Notes under the pieces: generated by a model
What the model saw: only the letters and a program-made list of their open reading frames with translations
The model's database searches: none
What the model was told of the DNA's origin: nothing
Program-made: the position numbers and the translations under genes
Sequence record: MK047718.1
Direction: 5' to 3' (one strand)
DNA from: Escherichia phage p000y
Length of the DNA stretch: 64,000 nucleotides
Shown here: positions 9,380 through 20,921 of the stretch, piece by piece
How the letters are laid out: the number at the start of each line of letters is the position of its first letter
How positions within the stretch are numbered: position 1 is the stretch's first letter

Positions 9380-9622
9380 ATGAGATTGCAACGCCAGAGC
9401 ATCAAAGATTCAGAAGTTAGAGGTAAATGGTACTTCAACATCGTTGGTAAAGATGCTGAACTCCTTGAACAAGCTGAAGAAGCTTTACGTGAAATGGGTT
9501 GGAACGAAGAATGTGATGGATGTCCACTCTACGAAGATGGTATATCATCCGGATTCTGGATTTATCACTCGGATGTCGACCAATTTAAAGCTGATTGGAA
9601 AATTGTGAAAAAGTCTGTTTGA
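9380..9622 (+). CDS. Hypothetical protein (frd.2-like position)
   Basis: 80-aa ORF with GAGGAG RBS. Confidence 0.5.
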   Translation: MRLQRQSIKDSEVRGKWYFNIVGKDAELLEQAEEALREMGWNEECDGCPLYEDGISSGFWIYHSDVDQFKADWKIVKKSV

Positions 9623-9631
9623 GGAAATACA

Positions 9632-9883
9632 ATGAAAACACTAAATTTACTTAAGGTTGGGGAAGACATAGATATTGCTGATATCTACAAAAATCTAACT
9701 TATTATGATAATTTATTTGTCGTTCAAACCTTAAATGGCGATTATTACACTGTTTCTTTAGTGCGAAATAAATTTAAAAACAAATTTTACTTTTGTATTT
9801 ATAATTATCACGGCCAACGCTCTAGCAATTATATTGAACCATCTGACATATTTTATATTGAGGAATTAAAATGCTTAAATTAG
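9632..9883 (+). CDS. Hypothetical protein (frd.1-like position)
   Basis: 83-aa ORF, tightly packed with neighbours. Confidence 0.5.
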   Translation: MKTLNLLKVGEDIDIADIYKNLTYYDNLFVVQTLNGDYYTVSLVRNKFKNKFYFCIYNYHGQRSSNYIEPSDIFYIEELKCLN

Positions 9884-10458
9884 TATTCGCATGCGCACCA
9901 TCTAAAACAGTTGATGATAAACTGGAATATGCTTTTGGATTAGGTGATGGACTTCCATGGAAGCATATCAAACAAGATATGAGTAACTTTGTTGCTCGCA
10001 CTAAAAACACTGTAATGGTTATGGGTGCTAAGACTTTTGCATCATTACCTCGTCTACTCCCAGATCGTACTCATGTAGTTGTCACCGATATGTCTAGAAA
10101 ACTGCCTAGGACTAAAAGCGACGAACTTGCACGGTTCTATATCACCCAAGCAGAATTTATTACCCTGGTGACTGGTAGTGAAATTAACTTGTTCGGCCCT
10201 TCAACAGACGTACCATTTAAACTTTCTACTGAACATGTTGATGTATCTGTTATCGGTGGCCCGGCTCTATTAAAACAAGCACTGCCTTATGCCGATGAAA
10301 TTGTGATGACTAAAATCATTAAGAAATGTCGTGTTAATTCAGACGTTCAACTTGATAAAGATTTCATCCAAGATATTATGCTTCAACGTTCTATGGTAGA
10401 ATCTCATTACTACAGAATCGATGAACTCACCGAAATTACTGAGAGCGTATATAAATGA
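9871..10458 (+). CDS. frd: Dihydrofolate reductase
   Basis: 195 aa, MLKLVFACAPSKTVDDKLEYAFGLGDGLPW... matches T4 Frd (~193 aa). Confidence 0.9.
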   Translation: MLKLVFACAPSKTVDDKLEYAFGLGDGLPWKHIKQDMSNFVARTKNTVMVMGAKTFASLPRLLPDRTHVVVTDMSRKLPRTKSDELARFYITQAEFITLVTGSEINLFGPSTDVPFKLSTEHVDVSVIGGPALLKQALPYADEIVMTKIIKKCRVNSDVQLDKDFIQDIMLQRSMVESHYYRIDELTEITESVYK

Positions 10459-11315
10459 AACAATACCAATACCTGATTAATGATATCCTAGAAAATGGCT
10501 ACGAAACAGACGACCGTACAGGCACAGGAACAATTGCCCTGTTCGGAACTAAATTACGTTGGGACCTGACTAAAGGATTCCCTGCAGTAACAACTAAGAA
10601 ATTAGCATGGAAAGCTTGTATTGCCGAGTTACTGTGGTTCATGTCTGGTTCTACCAATGTTAATGATTTACGTATTCGTACTCACGGTAGTCTTATTCAA
10701 GGTAAAACTATTTGGGACGACAACTATGAAAATCAGGCAAAAGACCTTGGATATCATAGCGGCGAACTTGGTCCTATTTATGGTAAGCAATGGCGTGATT
10801 TTGGCGGTGTAGACCAATTGGTCAAAACTATCGACCGCATTAAAGCTCTTCCTAATGATCGTCGTCAAATTGTTTCTGCCTGGAATCCGGCTGAAATAAA
10901 TCAAATGGCACTTCCTCCTTGCCATATGTTCTATCAGTTCAATGTGCGTAATGGTCATCTTGATTTACAATGGTACCAGAGAAGTGTTGATGTTTTCTTG
11001 GGCTTGCCGTTCAACATTGCCTCGTACGCTGCCTTGACTCATATTGTAGCTAAGATGTGTAATCTTATCCCGGGTGATTTAGTGTTCTCAGGCGGCAACA
11101 CGCATATCTACAGCAATCATGTCGAGCAATGCAAAGAAGTTCTTCGTCGTGAACCTAAAGAGTTATGTTCTCTTGAAATTAATTGGCCTAGTAATTTTGA
11201 GAATTGGCCTACAAAAATCCAAATGGACTGGGTTACTGGAACGATGACACATTCTGATTTCGTTCTTAAAAATTACGAATCTCATCCAGCTATCAAAGCT
11301 AAAATGGCGGTATAA
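10455..11315 (+). CDS. td: Thymidylate synthase (continuous, no intron)
   Basis: 286 aa uninterrupted ORF; MKQYQYLINDILENGYETDDRTGTGTIALFG... matches T4 Td (286 aa after splicing). Confidence 0.95.
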   Translation: MKQYQYLINDILENGYETDDRTGTGTIALFGTKLRWDLTKGFPAVTTKKLAWKACIAELLWFMSGSTNVNDLRIRTHGSLIQGKTIWDDNYENQAKDLGYHSGELGPIYGKQWRDFGGVDQLVKTIDRIKALPNDRRQIVSAWNPAEINQMALPPCHMFYQFNVRNGHLDLQWYQRSVDVFLGLPFNIASYAALTHIVAKMCNLIPGDLVFSGGNTHIYSNHVEQCKEVLRREPKELCSLEINWPSNFENWPTKIQMDWVTGTMTHSDFVLKNYESHPAIKAKMAV

Positions 11316-11316
11316 A

Positions 11317-11571
11317 ATGATTTTACGTTTTATTAATTCATATGGCACCACAATTTTTGAAATGAAAAATCCAAGTGAACTGGATATCCCTTCACCAAAT
11401 AGTGAAATCACAGTTAAAGGTGAACGATTCATTTGTTATTCACATGAACGAATTTATGAATATCGTGAATTCTGTGGTGGATTCGGTATAGAAAAAGAAC
11501 CGTTGGTTTATTTTAATATCACGGTCTTGACTCCTAAAGAATACGAAGAAATTATTGCAGAGGACATGTAA
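11317..11571 (+). CDS. Hypothetical protein
   Basis: 84-aa ORF between td and nrdA. Confidence 0.5.
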   Translation: MILRFINSYGTTIFEMKNPSELDIPSPNSEITVKGERFICYSHERIYEYREFCGGFGIEKEPLVYFNITVLTPKEYEEIIAEDM

Positions 11572-11876
11572 TGAAAATGTGCCGCGTTGTGAATAAATAT
11601 AAATCCGATTTTGATGTTAATATTCATCGTGGCACATTCTGGGGAAATTATGTAGGCAAGGATGCCTCTTCCCGAGAAGAAGCTATTGAGCTTTTCAAAA
11701 AGGATTTTATTAAGAGAATTAAGTGTGGAGAAATCACAAAAGCTCATCTAGAACCTTTACGTGGTATGCGTCTGGGATGCACATGTAAACCAAAAGCCTG
11801 TCATGGTGATATAATATCTCTAGTGGTTAATAAACTTTTTAAAGACGAATTTAATATAGAGGACATATGCAAGTAA
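11571..11876 (+). CDS. Hypothetical Cys/His-motif protein
   Basis: 101-aa ORF with motif GCTCKPKACHGD; stop overlaps nrdA start. Confidence 0.5.
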   Translation: MKMCRVVNKYKSDFDVNIHRGTFWGNYVGKDASSREEAIELFKKDFIKRIKCGEITKAHLEPLRGMRLGCTCKPKACHGDIISLVVNKLFKDEFNIEDICK

Positions 11877-14122
11877 CTAAGAGCAGTGGCGTATCCCAAA
11901 ATTTTGATGCACAGAAAATTATCCAAGTTCTGACCTGGCAATGTGAAGGAACACAAATTGACCCATATGAATTGTACGAAGAAATTAAGACCCATCTTGT
12001 CGACGGGATGAGCACCAAAGATATTCAGAAGATTTGTATTAAAGTTGCAGCTAACTCGATTTCTGTCGAAGAACCTGATTATCAGTATGTCGCCGCCAAA
12101 GGGCTAATGTTTGCACTTCGTAAAGATGTGTATGGCCAGTTTGAACCGCCTGCTTTTATCGACCATATTTCTTATTGTGTTAATGAAGGCAAATATGACC
12201 CTGAGCTGTTGTCTCAATATTCAGCAGAAGAAATCATTTATCTCGATTCACAGATTAAACATGAACGAGACTTTGACCTGACTTATGCTGGTGCTATGCA
12301 ACTTAAAGAAAAATATCTAGTTAAAGATAAAACAACTGGGAAGATTTATGAAACTCCCCAGTTTGCTATCATGGCTATTGGCATGGCCTTACACCAAGAC
12401 GAAACTCATGACCGTTTGAAACATATTATTCGTTTTTATGATGCCGTTTCTACTCATCAAGTTTCATTGCCAACCCCAATTATGGCAGGTGCTCGTACTC
12501 CGACTCGCCAGTTTTCTAGTTGTGTAGTTATTGAAGCCGGTGATTCCTTAAAATCTATTAACAAAACTTCAGCATCAATTATTGAATATATTTCTAAACG
12601 AGCTGGTATTGGTATCAACGTTGGTATGCTTCGTGCAGAAGGTTCTAAGATCGGTATGGGTGAAGTTCGACATACGGGTGTTATTCCGTTCTGGAAACAT
12701 TTCCAAACTGCAGTAAAATCTTGTTCTCAAGGCGGTATTCGTGGTGGTGCTGCTACAGCATATTATCCGATGTGGCACTTAGAAGTAGAGAACCTATTAG
12801 TTCTGAAAAATAACAAAGGCGTGGATGAAAACCGTATTCGACATATGGACTACGGAATTCAGATTAATGACCTTATGATGGAACGCCTTGGTAAAAATGA
12901 TTATATTACTTTATTTAGCCCTCACGAAATGTCAGGCGAACTATACTACTCGTTCTTTGAAGATCAAGATAAATTCCGTGAGCTTTATGAGAAAGCTGAA
13001 AAAGACCCAACAATCAGAAAGAAAAGAATCAAAGCACTAGAACTCTTTGAATTGTTCATGACTGAACGTTCTGGCACCGCTCGAATTTATCCGCAATTCG
13101 TTGATAACACGAACAACTACACTCCATTTATTCGTGAAAAAGCTCCAATTCGTCAGAGTAACTTATGTTGTGAAATCGCTATTCCAACTAATGATGTGAA
13201 TGGTCCTGATGCTGAAATTGGTTTATGCACATTATCTGCTTTTGTATTAGATAAATTTGATTGGCAAGACCAAGATAAAATTAATGAACTTGCTGAAGTA
13301 CAAGTACGTGCACTTGATAACCTGTTAGACTATCAAGATTATCCGGTTCCAGAAGCTTTAAAAGCTAAAAAGCGTCGAAACCTCGGTGTTGGTGTGACGA
13401 ACTATGCCGCATGGTTAGCTTCTAACTTTGCTTCATATGAAGACGCTAACGATTTGACTCATGAATTGTTTGAGAGATTGCAATATGGCCTTATCAAAGC
13501 ATCAATCAAACTCGCCAAAGAAAAAGGATGTTGCGAGTATTATTCAGACACTAAATGGTCTAGAGGCGAATTACCTATCGACTGGTACAATAAAAAGATT
13601 GACCAAATCGCAGCCCCGAACTACGTCTGTGACTGGGAAGAACTTCGAGCTGAACTCAAAGAACATGGAATTCGTAACTCAACGTTGTCTGCACTCATGC
13701 CTTGTGAGTCAAGCAGTCAAGTATCAAACTCTACAAACGGGATTGAGCCACCACGTGGTCCAGTAAGTATTAAAGAATCTAAAGAAGGCAACTTCCGACA
13801 GGTTGTTCCTAATATCGAACATAACATGAGTCTTTACGACTACGCGTGGAAACTTGCTAAGAAAGGTAATAAACCTTATTTGACCCAAGTTGCTATCATG
13901 TTGAAATGGGTGTGCCAATCTGCTTCTGCTAATACTTACTATGACCCTGCAGTATTTGAGAAAGGTAAAGTGCCAATGTCAGTAATGCTTGACGATCTGC
14001 TTTACTTCTGGTACTTTGGCGGAAAAAACCTCTACTATCATAACACTCGTGATGGGTCCGGTACAGACGACTATGAATTAGAAACACCTAAAGCAGAAGA
14101 TTGTTCTGCTTGTAAGCTTTAA
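11867..14122 (+). CDS. nrdA: Aerobic ribonucleotide reductase large subunit
   Basis: 751 aa (T4 NrdA ~754 aa); class I RNR motifs; synteny. Confidence 0.95.
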   Translation: MQVTKSSGVSQNFDAQKIIQVLTWQCEGTQIDPYELYEEIKTHLVDGMSTKDIQKICIKVAANSISVEEPDYQYVAAKGLMFALRKDVYGQFEPPAFIDHISYCVNEGKYDPELLSQYSAEEIIYLDSQIKHERDFDLTYAGAMQLKEKYLVKDKTTGKIYETPQFAIMAIGMALHQDETHDRLKHIIRFYDAVSTHQVSLPTPIMAGARTPTRQFSSCVVIEAGDSLKSINKTSASIIEYISKRAGIGINVGMLRAEGSKIGMGEVRHTGVIPFWKHFQTAVKSCSQGGIRGGAATAYYPMWHLEVENLLVLKNNKGVDENRIRHMDYGIQINDLMMERLGKNDYITLFSPHEMSGELYYSFFEDQDKFRELYEKAEKDPTIRKKRIKALELFELFMTERSGTARIYPQFVDNTNNYTPFIREKAPIRQSNLCCEIAIPTNDVNGPDAEIGLCTLSAFVLDKFDWQDQDKINELAEVQVRALDNLLDYQDYPVPEALKAKKRRNLGVGVTNYAAWLASNFASYEDANDLTHELFERLQYGLIKASIKLAKEKGCCEYYSDTKWSRGELPIDWYNKKIDQIAAPNYVCDWEELRAELKEHGIRNSTLSALMPCESSSQVSNSTNGIEPPRGPVSIKESKEGNFRQVVPNIEHNMSLYDYAWKLAKKGNKPYLTQVAIMLKWVCQSASANTYYDPAVFEKGKVPMSVMLDDLLYFWYFGGKNLYYHNTRDGSGTDDYELETPKAEDCSACKL

Positions 14123-14176
14123 GACTTTTTATTATAATTTACTCATGGATGAGTTAATAACTAAGTGAGAAATATA

Positions 14177-15355
14177 ATGAGTACAGTTTTTAACACACAA
14201 CAAGTCGATGTTTTGAATGAACCGATGTTCTTTGGTTCTGGTCTTGGCCTCGCACGGTATGATATTCAGCGTCATAAAGTTTTTGAAGAGCTTATCGAAA
14301 AGCAGCTCTCGTTCTTTTGGCGTCCCGAGGAAGTAAACTTGATGTTGGATTCGGCCCAGTTTAATAAGCTTCCACAGTTCCAACAGGACATCTTTACCAA
14401 CAACCTTAAGTATCAATCATTATTAGATTCTATCCAAGGTAGAGCACCATCTGCGGTACTTATGTCATTGCTTTCAGACCCTTCATTAGATACATGGGTT
14501 GCTACATGGACTTTCAGTGAAACTATTCACTCTCGTTCATATACTCATATTATGCGAAATCTTTATACAGATCCATCGAAGGTGTTTGATGAGATTGTAT
14601 TAGATGAAGCTATTATGAAGCGTGCCGAATCTATCGGACGATATTATGATGATGTTCTGGTTAAAGCTCGTTATTGGGAAAACGCTAAAGCTGATATCGA
14701 ATACCAAAAAGAAATTAATGCAGACGAAGACGTTATTGAAGATGCTATTGAGCATGAGACATATTGGAAGCGTGAGCTAATGAAATCTCTTTACCTCTGT
14801 TTGCACGTTATTAATGCCTTAGAAGCTATTCGTTTTTATGTATCTTTCGCATGCACCTTTAACTTCCACAAGAATATGGAAATCATGGAAGGTAATGCCA
14901 AGATTATGAAGTTCATTGCTCGTGATGAACAGCTCCACCTCAAGGGCACTCAATATATTATTCGCGCTTTACAAGATGGCGAAGACGGTGATGAATGGGT
15001 CAAAATTGCTCAAGAGTGTGAACAAGAAGCAGTTGATATTTTCATGGAAGTTAACGCTCAAGAAAAAGAATGGGCTGAACACTTGTTTAAAGATGGTGCT
15101 CTTCCAGGTCTAAATGTTAAAATCCTAAGTGAATTTGTGGATTATCTTACCGTGTCTCGTATGCGTAGTTGTGGTCTGCCATGTCCTCTTAAAGACGTAT
15201 CAACTCGTCATCCTATTCCATGGATTCGTGAGTATTTGAACTCTGATTTGGTTCAAGCAGCCCCACAAGAAGTTGAAATCAGTTCTTATCTTGTCGCACA
15301 AATTGATAATGATGTAGACCAAAATGTAATCAATTCATACAAAAAATATTTCTAA
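14177..15355 (+). CDS. nrdB: Aerobic ribonucleotide reductase small subunit (continuous, no intron)
   Basis: ATG at 14177 gives MSTVFNTQQ... (track ORF starts at upstream GTG 14165); ~392 aa uninterrupted. Confidence 0.93.
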   Translation: MSTVFNTQQVDVLNEPMFFGSGLGLARYDIQRHKVFEELIEKQLSFFWRPEEVNLMLDSAQFNKLPQFQQDIFTNNLKYQSLLDSIQGRAPSAVLMSLLSDPSLDTWVATWTFSETIHSRSYTHIMRNLYTDPSKVFDEIVLDEAIMKRAESIGRYYDDVLVKARYWENAKADIEYQKEINADEDVIEDAIEHETYWKRELMKSLYLCLHVINALEAIRFYVSFACTFNFHKNMEIMEGNAKIMKFIARDEQLHLKGTQYIIRALQDGEDGDEWVKIAQECEQEAVDIFMEVNAQEKEWAEHLFKDGALPGLNVKILSEFVDYLTVSRMRSCGLPCPLKDVSTRHPIPWIREYLNSDLVQAAPQEVEISSYLVAQIDNDVDQNVINSYKKYF

Positions 15356-15357
15356 GG

Positions 15358-15375
15358 ACGGGACTTCGGTCCCAC
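15358..15375 (+). terminator. UUCG-loop hairpin after nrdB
   Basis: GGGAC-UUCG-GUCCC followed by U-rich tract. Confidence 0.65.
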
Positions 15376-15381
15376 TTTATT

Positions 15382-15792
15382 ATGAAAGATATCGCCGCCG
15401 AATATTCCTTTATTAAATATACAGAATTGGAGCTATTAGAAGATGCAACAATTAAAACAGTTGATGTCCCTAATAAGAAAAATGTCATATATGCTATTGC
15501 TATAGATGACGAACTTGTGTATATTGGTAAAACCAAGAATTTAAAGAAACGCATTAACTATTATCGAACAGCCATAAATCGAAAAGACCAGACTTCAGAT
15601 TCAAGAAAATCACTTATGATTTTGGATGCCTTAATGCAAGGCAAAAAGGTTGAATTCTGGGCCCGCCAATGTTTTGACCTTTCAGTCACCAACGAACTTG
15701 GTTCAATGACCATCGCAACAATGGACCTTGAAGAACCACTTTTTATCAAAAAGTTCAACCCGCCTTGGAATATCCAACATAAGAAAAAGTAG
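15382..15792 (+). CDS. denA: Endonuclease II (GIY-YIG family)
   Basis: 136 aa, GIY-YIG-like motif IYAIAIDDELVYIGKTKNLKKRINYYR; matches T4 EndoII size and sequence. Confidence 0.85.
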   Translation: MKDIAAEYSFIKYTELELLEDATIKTVDVPNKKNVIYAIAIDDELVYIGKTKNLKKRINYYRTAINRKDQTSDSRKSLMILDALMQGKKVEFWARQCFDLSVTNELGSMTIATMDLEEPLFIKKFNPPWNIQHKKK

Positions 15793-15821
15793 TTTACATA
15801 CCACAAGGATTGTGGTACAAT
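15792..15821 (+). promoter_or_regulatory. T4 early promoter upstream of rnlA
   Basis: GTTTAC-N18-TACAAT; spacer contains palindrome CCACAAggattGTGG. Confidence 0.6.
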
Positions 15822-15838
15822 TTAAAAAAACTAACTGA

Positions 15839-16972
<1,134 letters not shown>

Positions 16973-16974
16973 CG

Positions 16975-17004
16975 GTTTACAAACACCAAGGATGGTGATA
17001 CTAT
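16975..17004 (+). promoter_or_regulatory. T4 early promoter upstream of alc
   Basis: GTTTAC-N18-TACTAT then leader tcaacaacacgaggag. Confidence 0.6.
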
Positions 17005-17033
17005 GGGTTTATCAACAACACGAGGAGAAAATT

Positions 17034-17534
17034 ATGAATATGCAATTGATTACTAACGATATGGTCGTAAACGCTTTTGGAGACACAACTGACGGAATCC
17101 GGGTCTTTAAGAAAGGACGTCCAGTTGGTTATCTTACTGACCTACGGGTTACACTGGCCAAAAATCTTAAAAAGAAAGTAAAACAAAAAGAGTATTCAAC
17201 CCGATACGCTGAAGAGAAACGCGAAGCGATGCCAGAAGCAGTTAATGCTATGGTAGAATTTCTTCAAAACAATTTGACTAAATATGACGCTAATGTGTTC
17301 ATTAATATTAGTCAACCAAACGTACATATCGCAGGTATAAAATTCTACATTATTTGCGACCCTCTTACCGACAAATTCAACCGTCTCGGAATTTCAAGTC
17401 CATATCATACAGCAGAAGAGTTGTGTGTATTGTTTGAATCGTACAAAATCCAGTGTGATGGTTTGAAAACCGTTCTTATCAATGGATTATCCCGAGATGA
17501 AATCATTGAGATTATTAAAACATGCTTAAAGTAA
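17034..17534 (+). CDS. alc: Alc-like transcription termination factor (host transcription shutoff)
   Basis: ATG at 17034 downstream of early promoter and GAGGAG RBS gives ~166 aa (T4 Alc 167 aa); assignment by position and size. Confidence 0.6.
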   Translation: MNMQLITNDMVVNAFGDTTDGIRVFKKGRPVGYLTDLRVTLAKNLKKKVKQKEYSTRYAEEKREAMPEAVNAMVEFLQNNLTKYDANVFINISQPNVHIAGIKFYIICDPLTDKFNRLGISSPYHTAEELCVLFESYKIQCDGLKTVLINGLSRDEIIEIIKTCLK

Positions 17535-17878
17535 ATCCTATTTACGCTATAGTAGCAGCTTTTGCTCTAGTTTCTACGGTAACAATAGTTGTCTTAAACA
17601 ACAAAGTTGATTCGTTGAATACTGAATTAGCTTCTGTCAAAGAGACTGCTAAAAACAATGCTAAAGTATTAGATGACTTCAAGGTTCAATATCAGTCAAT
17701 CGAAGAAATGACTTATAAGAACCGTGTTTTAGTTGACCAACTTAAGGCCGAAAATGAAAAGCTCCGTAAGGATTCGAAGAAGAAGAACGTGGTGGCAAGT
17801 AAGCCAGGATTGGTCGAAAAACAAATCAACAGGTCCTTCGATTCCTTTGCAGAAGACCTCAGGAAGCTCTCAGAATGA
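17522..17878 (+). CDS. pseT.3: i-spanin (Rz-like; T4 pseT.3 position)
   Basis: 118 aa, N-terminal transmembrane helix then coiled-coil region. Confidence 0.75.
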   Translation: MLKVNPIYAIVAAFALVSTVTIVVLNNKVDSLNTELASVKETAKNNAKVLDDFKVQYQSIEEMTYKNRVLVDQLKAENEKLRKDSKKKNVVASKPGLVEKQINRSFDSFAEDLRKLSE

Positions 17879-18165
17879 TTAAATTAACTGTGGCTGTATT
17901 ATCTATTGGTCTCCTAGTTGGATGTACTCAGGATGTGCCAGTAAGCCCTAAAGAAACTTTACATCCTTCATGGCCTACGCCTATTTCCGAATACAACCAG
18001 AAATGGCAAGTAAAGGTTATTGATGGTAATCCGTGGGTTGGAATGCCATTTGAAGACTCTCAAGAATTTCGTATCTGGTTAAACGACGTAAAAAGATATA
18101 TACATGACCAGAAGACTATGTTATGTTATTATCGTAGTGGTTTAAAAGAGGAAAAATGCCAATGA
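17875..18165 (+). CDS. pseT.2: o-spanin lipoprotein (Rz1-like; T4 pseT.2 position)
   Basis: 96 aa, signal peptide with lipobox LLVGC, Pro-rich; start overlaps i-spanin stop. Confidence 0.75.
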   Translation: MIKLTVAVLSIGLLVGCTQDVPVSPKETLHPSWPTPISEYNQKWQVKVIDGNPWVGMPFEDSQEFRIWLNDVKRYIHDQKTMLCYYRSGLKEEKCQ

Positions 18166-18380
18166 CTAAAGAACAGCATGAATACATTAAAGGGCTTATC
18201 TATGAATCTGAAATGGCGGCTATGATTTATGGACGCCAGATTCAACGATTAGAATCTTTGCCTCCGACTAATGACCGCTTGTTAGTTCAGTCTCGTGCTA
18301 ATCTGAAAAATGAATATCAGAATAAGTGGGCAGTAGCGACTAAAGCTCTTCATGAGTATATTGAATCTTTAGTAAAATAG
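18156..18380 (+). CDS. Hypothetical protein (pseT.1 position)
   Basis: 74-aa ORF. Confidence 0.5.
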   Translation: MPMTKEQHEYIKGLIYESEMAAMIYGRQIQRLESLPPTNDRLLVQSRANLKNEYQNKWAVATKALHEYIESLVK

Positions 18381-18409
18381 TTTACAAACTCTCAGGAGCA
18401 GAGTATAAT
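18380..18409 (+). promoter_or_regulatory. T4 early promoter
   Basis: GTTTAC-N18-TATAAT; -10 flanked by inverted repeat GGAGCA/TGCTCC. Confidence 0.6.
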
Positions 18410-18437
18410 GCTCCTATGGATAATTGAGGAAATCTAA

Positions 18438-18736
18438 ATGAAAACATTACTAGAGAATTACATCAAACGGTCTGATGAGTATATTGATATCTGTCGTGGA
18501 ATGTCACTTGGCAATTATGACAAAGATGCAGCAAAGGCACTAGATGAAGCAGGTAAAGCTCTTCGTAAAGCTGCTAAAGAAAAAGGGTTGGATTTGCAAC
18601 AACTCAAAAGTCATATGATTAAATTTATTTCTTCAAACGTTAGAAGTACGTCAATTAATAAAAACGTTGCTGAAATTAATAAAGACCGGCGCGAGCATAA
18701 CATTCGTATTCTTGAAATTTTCTTAGGAATAAAATA

Positions 18737-18737
<1 letters not shown>
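18438..18737 (+). CDS. Hypothetical protein
   Basis: 99-aa ORF preceded by early promoter at 18380-18409. Confidence 0.55.
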
Positions 18738-19824
<1,087 letters not shown>

Positions 19825-20016
19825 ATGAAACGATTATATGAAGTGATTGAGGCCATCGAACATCATAAAGAATATTTGTTTGTAGCCTGGCCTTTAGTAA
19901 ATGGACAGTTCGGTATTGATGTGCTGGACTATGAGCATGAAGAACGTTTGGACGGCGGTATATTTGATAACGTCGACCAGGCAATTGAATGGTTAAATGA
20001 AAACTATGTACGATAA
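19825..20016 (+). CDS. Hypothetical protein
   Basis: 63-aa ORF, ATG at 19825. Confidence 0.45.
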   Translation: MKRLYEVIEAIEHHKEYLFVAWPLVNGQFGIDVLDYEHEERLDGGIFDNVDQAIEWLNENYVR

Positions 20017-20221
20017 ACATCATGAAATAGAAGATGAAGCATACAAAATGCTTCGTAAACTAGTGGGACTTAATATGAGTCCTACATTAATCAACAAACT
20101 CGCAGGAATTCGTAATGATCTGAATACTCGTTACAAAGGTGAATATCATGTAGAGTTTGTTCCTGTAGGTGAACCAACCGAGCGATTTGTTGTTCGAGTT
20201 AAAGTAAATACTGTGCACTGA
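19997..20221 (+). CDS. Hypothetical protein
   Basis: 74-aa ORF overlapping previous ORF by 20 nt in another frame. Confidence 0.45.
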   Translation: MKTMYDKHHEIEDEAYKMLRKLVGLNMSPTLINKLAGIRNDLNTRYKGEYHVEFVPVGEPTERFVVRVKVNTVH

Positions 20222-20228
20222 GGTAATT

Positions 20229-20504
20229 ATGTTCCCAACTTATTCTGAAATTGTAAAGGTAGTCTTCAGTCAGATTATTGCTAATAATATGTTTGAAGTG
20301 CTTGATAATGCAGCCGAACTCAGAGTTCATGCTCAAGTAACTCATGTACTCAATGCTTTGCTCCCAGACCAAGTAGATTCTATTGCTATTACTCTTCTCC
20401 CTGGATCTGCACACGTCATCGTGGTATTTGATCTTGACGGCGATTTAGTTATCCAATGTGATATCAATTTCGGTACACAAAAAATTGAATGCAAAGCAAT
20501 TTGA
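20229..20504 (+). CDS. Hypothetical protein
   Basis: 91-aa ORF. Confidence 0.45.
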   Translation: MFPTYSEIVKVVFSQIIANNMFEVLDNAAELRVHAQVTHVLNALLPDQVDSIAITLLPGSAHVIVVFDLDGDLVIQCDINFGTQKIECKAI

Positions 20505-20516
20505 TGGTTTACAACA

Positions 20517-20546
20517 TGGTGGAGTTGTGATACTATAACTCTACCA
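20517..20546 (+). promoter_or_regulatory. T4 early promoter
   Basis: GTTTAC-N18-TACTAT plus leader ccaacaaatgaggaaa. Confidence 0.6.
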
Positions 20547-20564
20547 ACAAATGAGGAAATAGAA

Positions 20565-20801
20565 ATGCTAAGTGAAAACCCAATTACAGTACACGAATTT
20601 CAGATTAAAGTAAAAGAATTTGCTCAAGCACTCATCAATAAAGTGTCTGAACGTTTCCAAGATGCAACATTACGAGTTATTCAAGAATCTCCACGTTCTT
20701 TTCTCATAATCGTTAATCCTAAAGATGGTGACCAAATTACTAATCTTAAATTAGGCAGTGATGGTCTTGTTGAAGCAACTCGAGTATATGGAACACTATA
20801 A
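20565..20801 (+). CDS. Hypothetical protein
   Basis: 78-aa ORF with early promoter at 20517-20546 and GAGGA RBS. Confidence 0.5.
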   Translation: MLSENPITVHEFQIKVKEFAQALINKVSERFQDATLRVIQESPRSFLIIVNPKDGDQITNLKLGSDGLVEATRVYGTL

Positions 20802-20921
20802 TGAGAGCTATCTCATTACTATCGAGAATGGTCATAAATCTGAGCACTACCAACTTAGCCTGTCTAATCCGGTTAAAGGTATTGTTGAATCAGAATCTGT
20901 TTATATCTCCTAAGGATTGTT

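Noticed and set aside
16992-17033. N-terminal extension MVILWVYQQHEEKI of the alc ORF (and the similar extension at 31426-31497)
   Set aside because: These codons are the early promoter -10 and conserved leader read in frame (one starts at TTG); the real start is the ATG after the GAGGA RBS.
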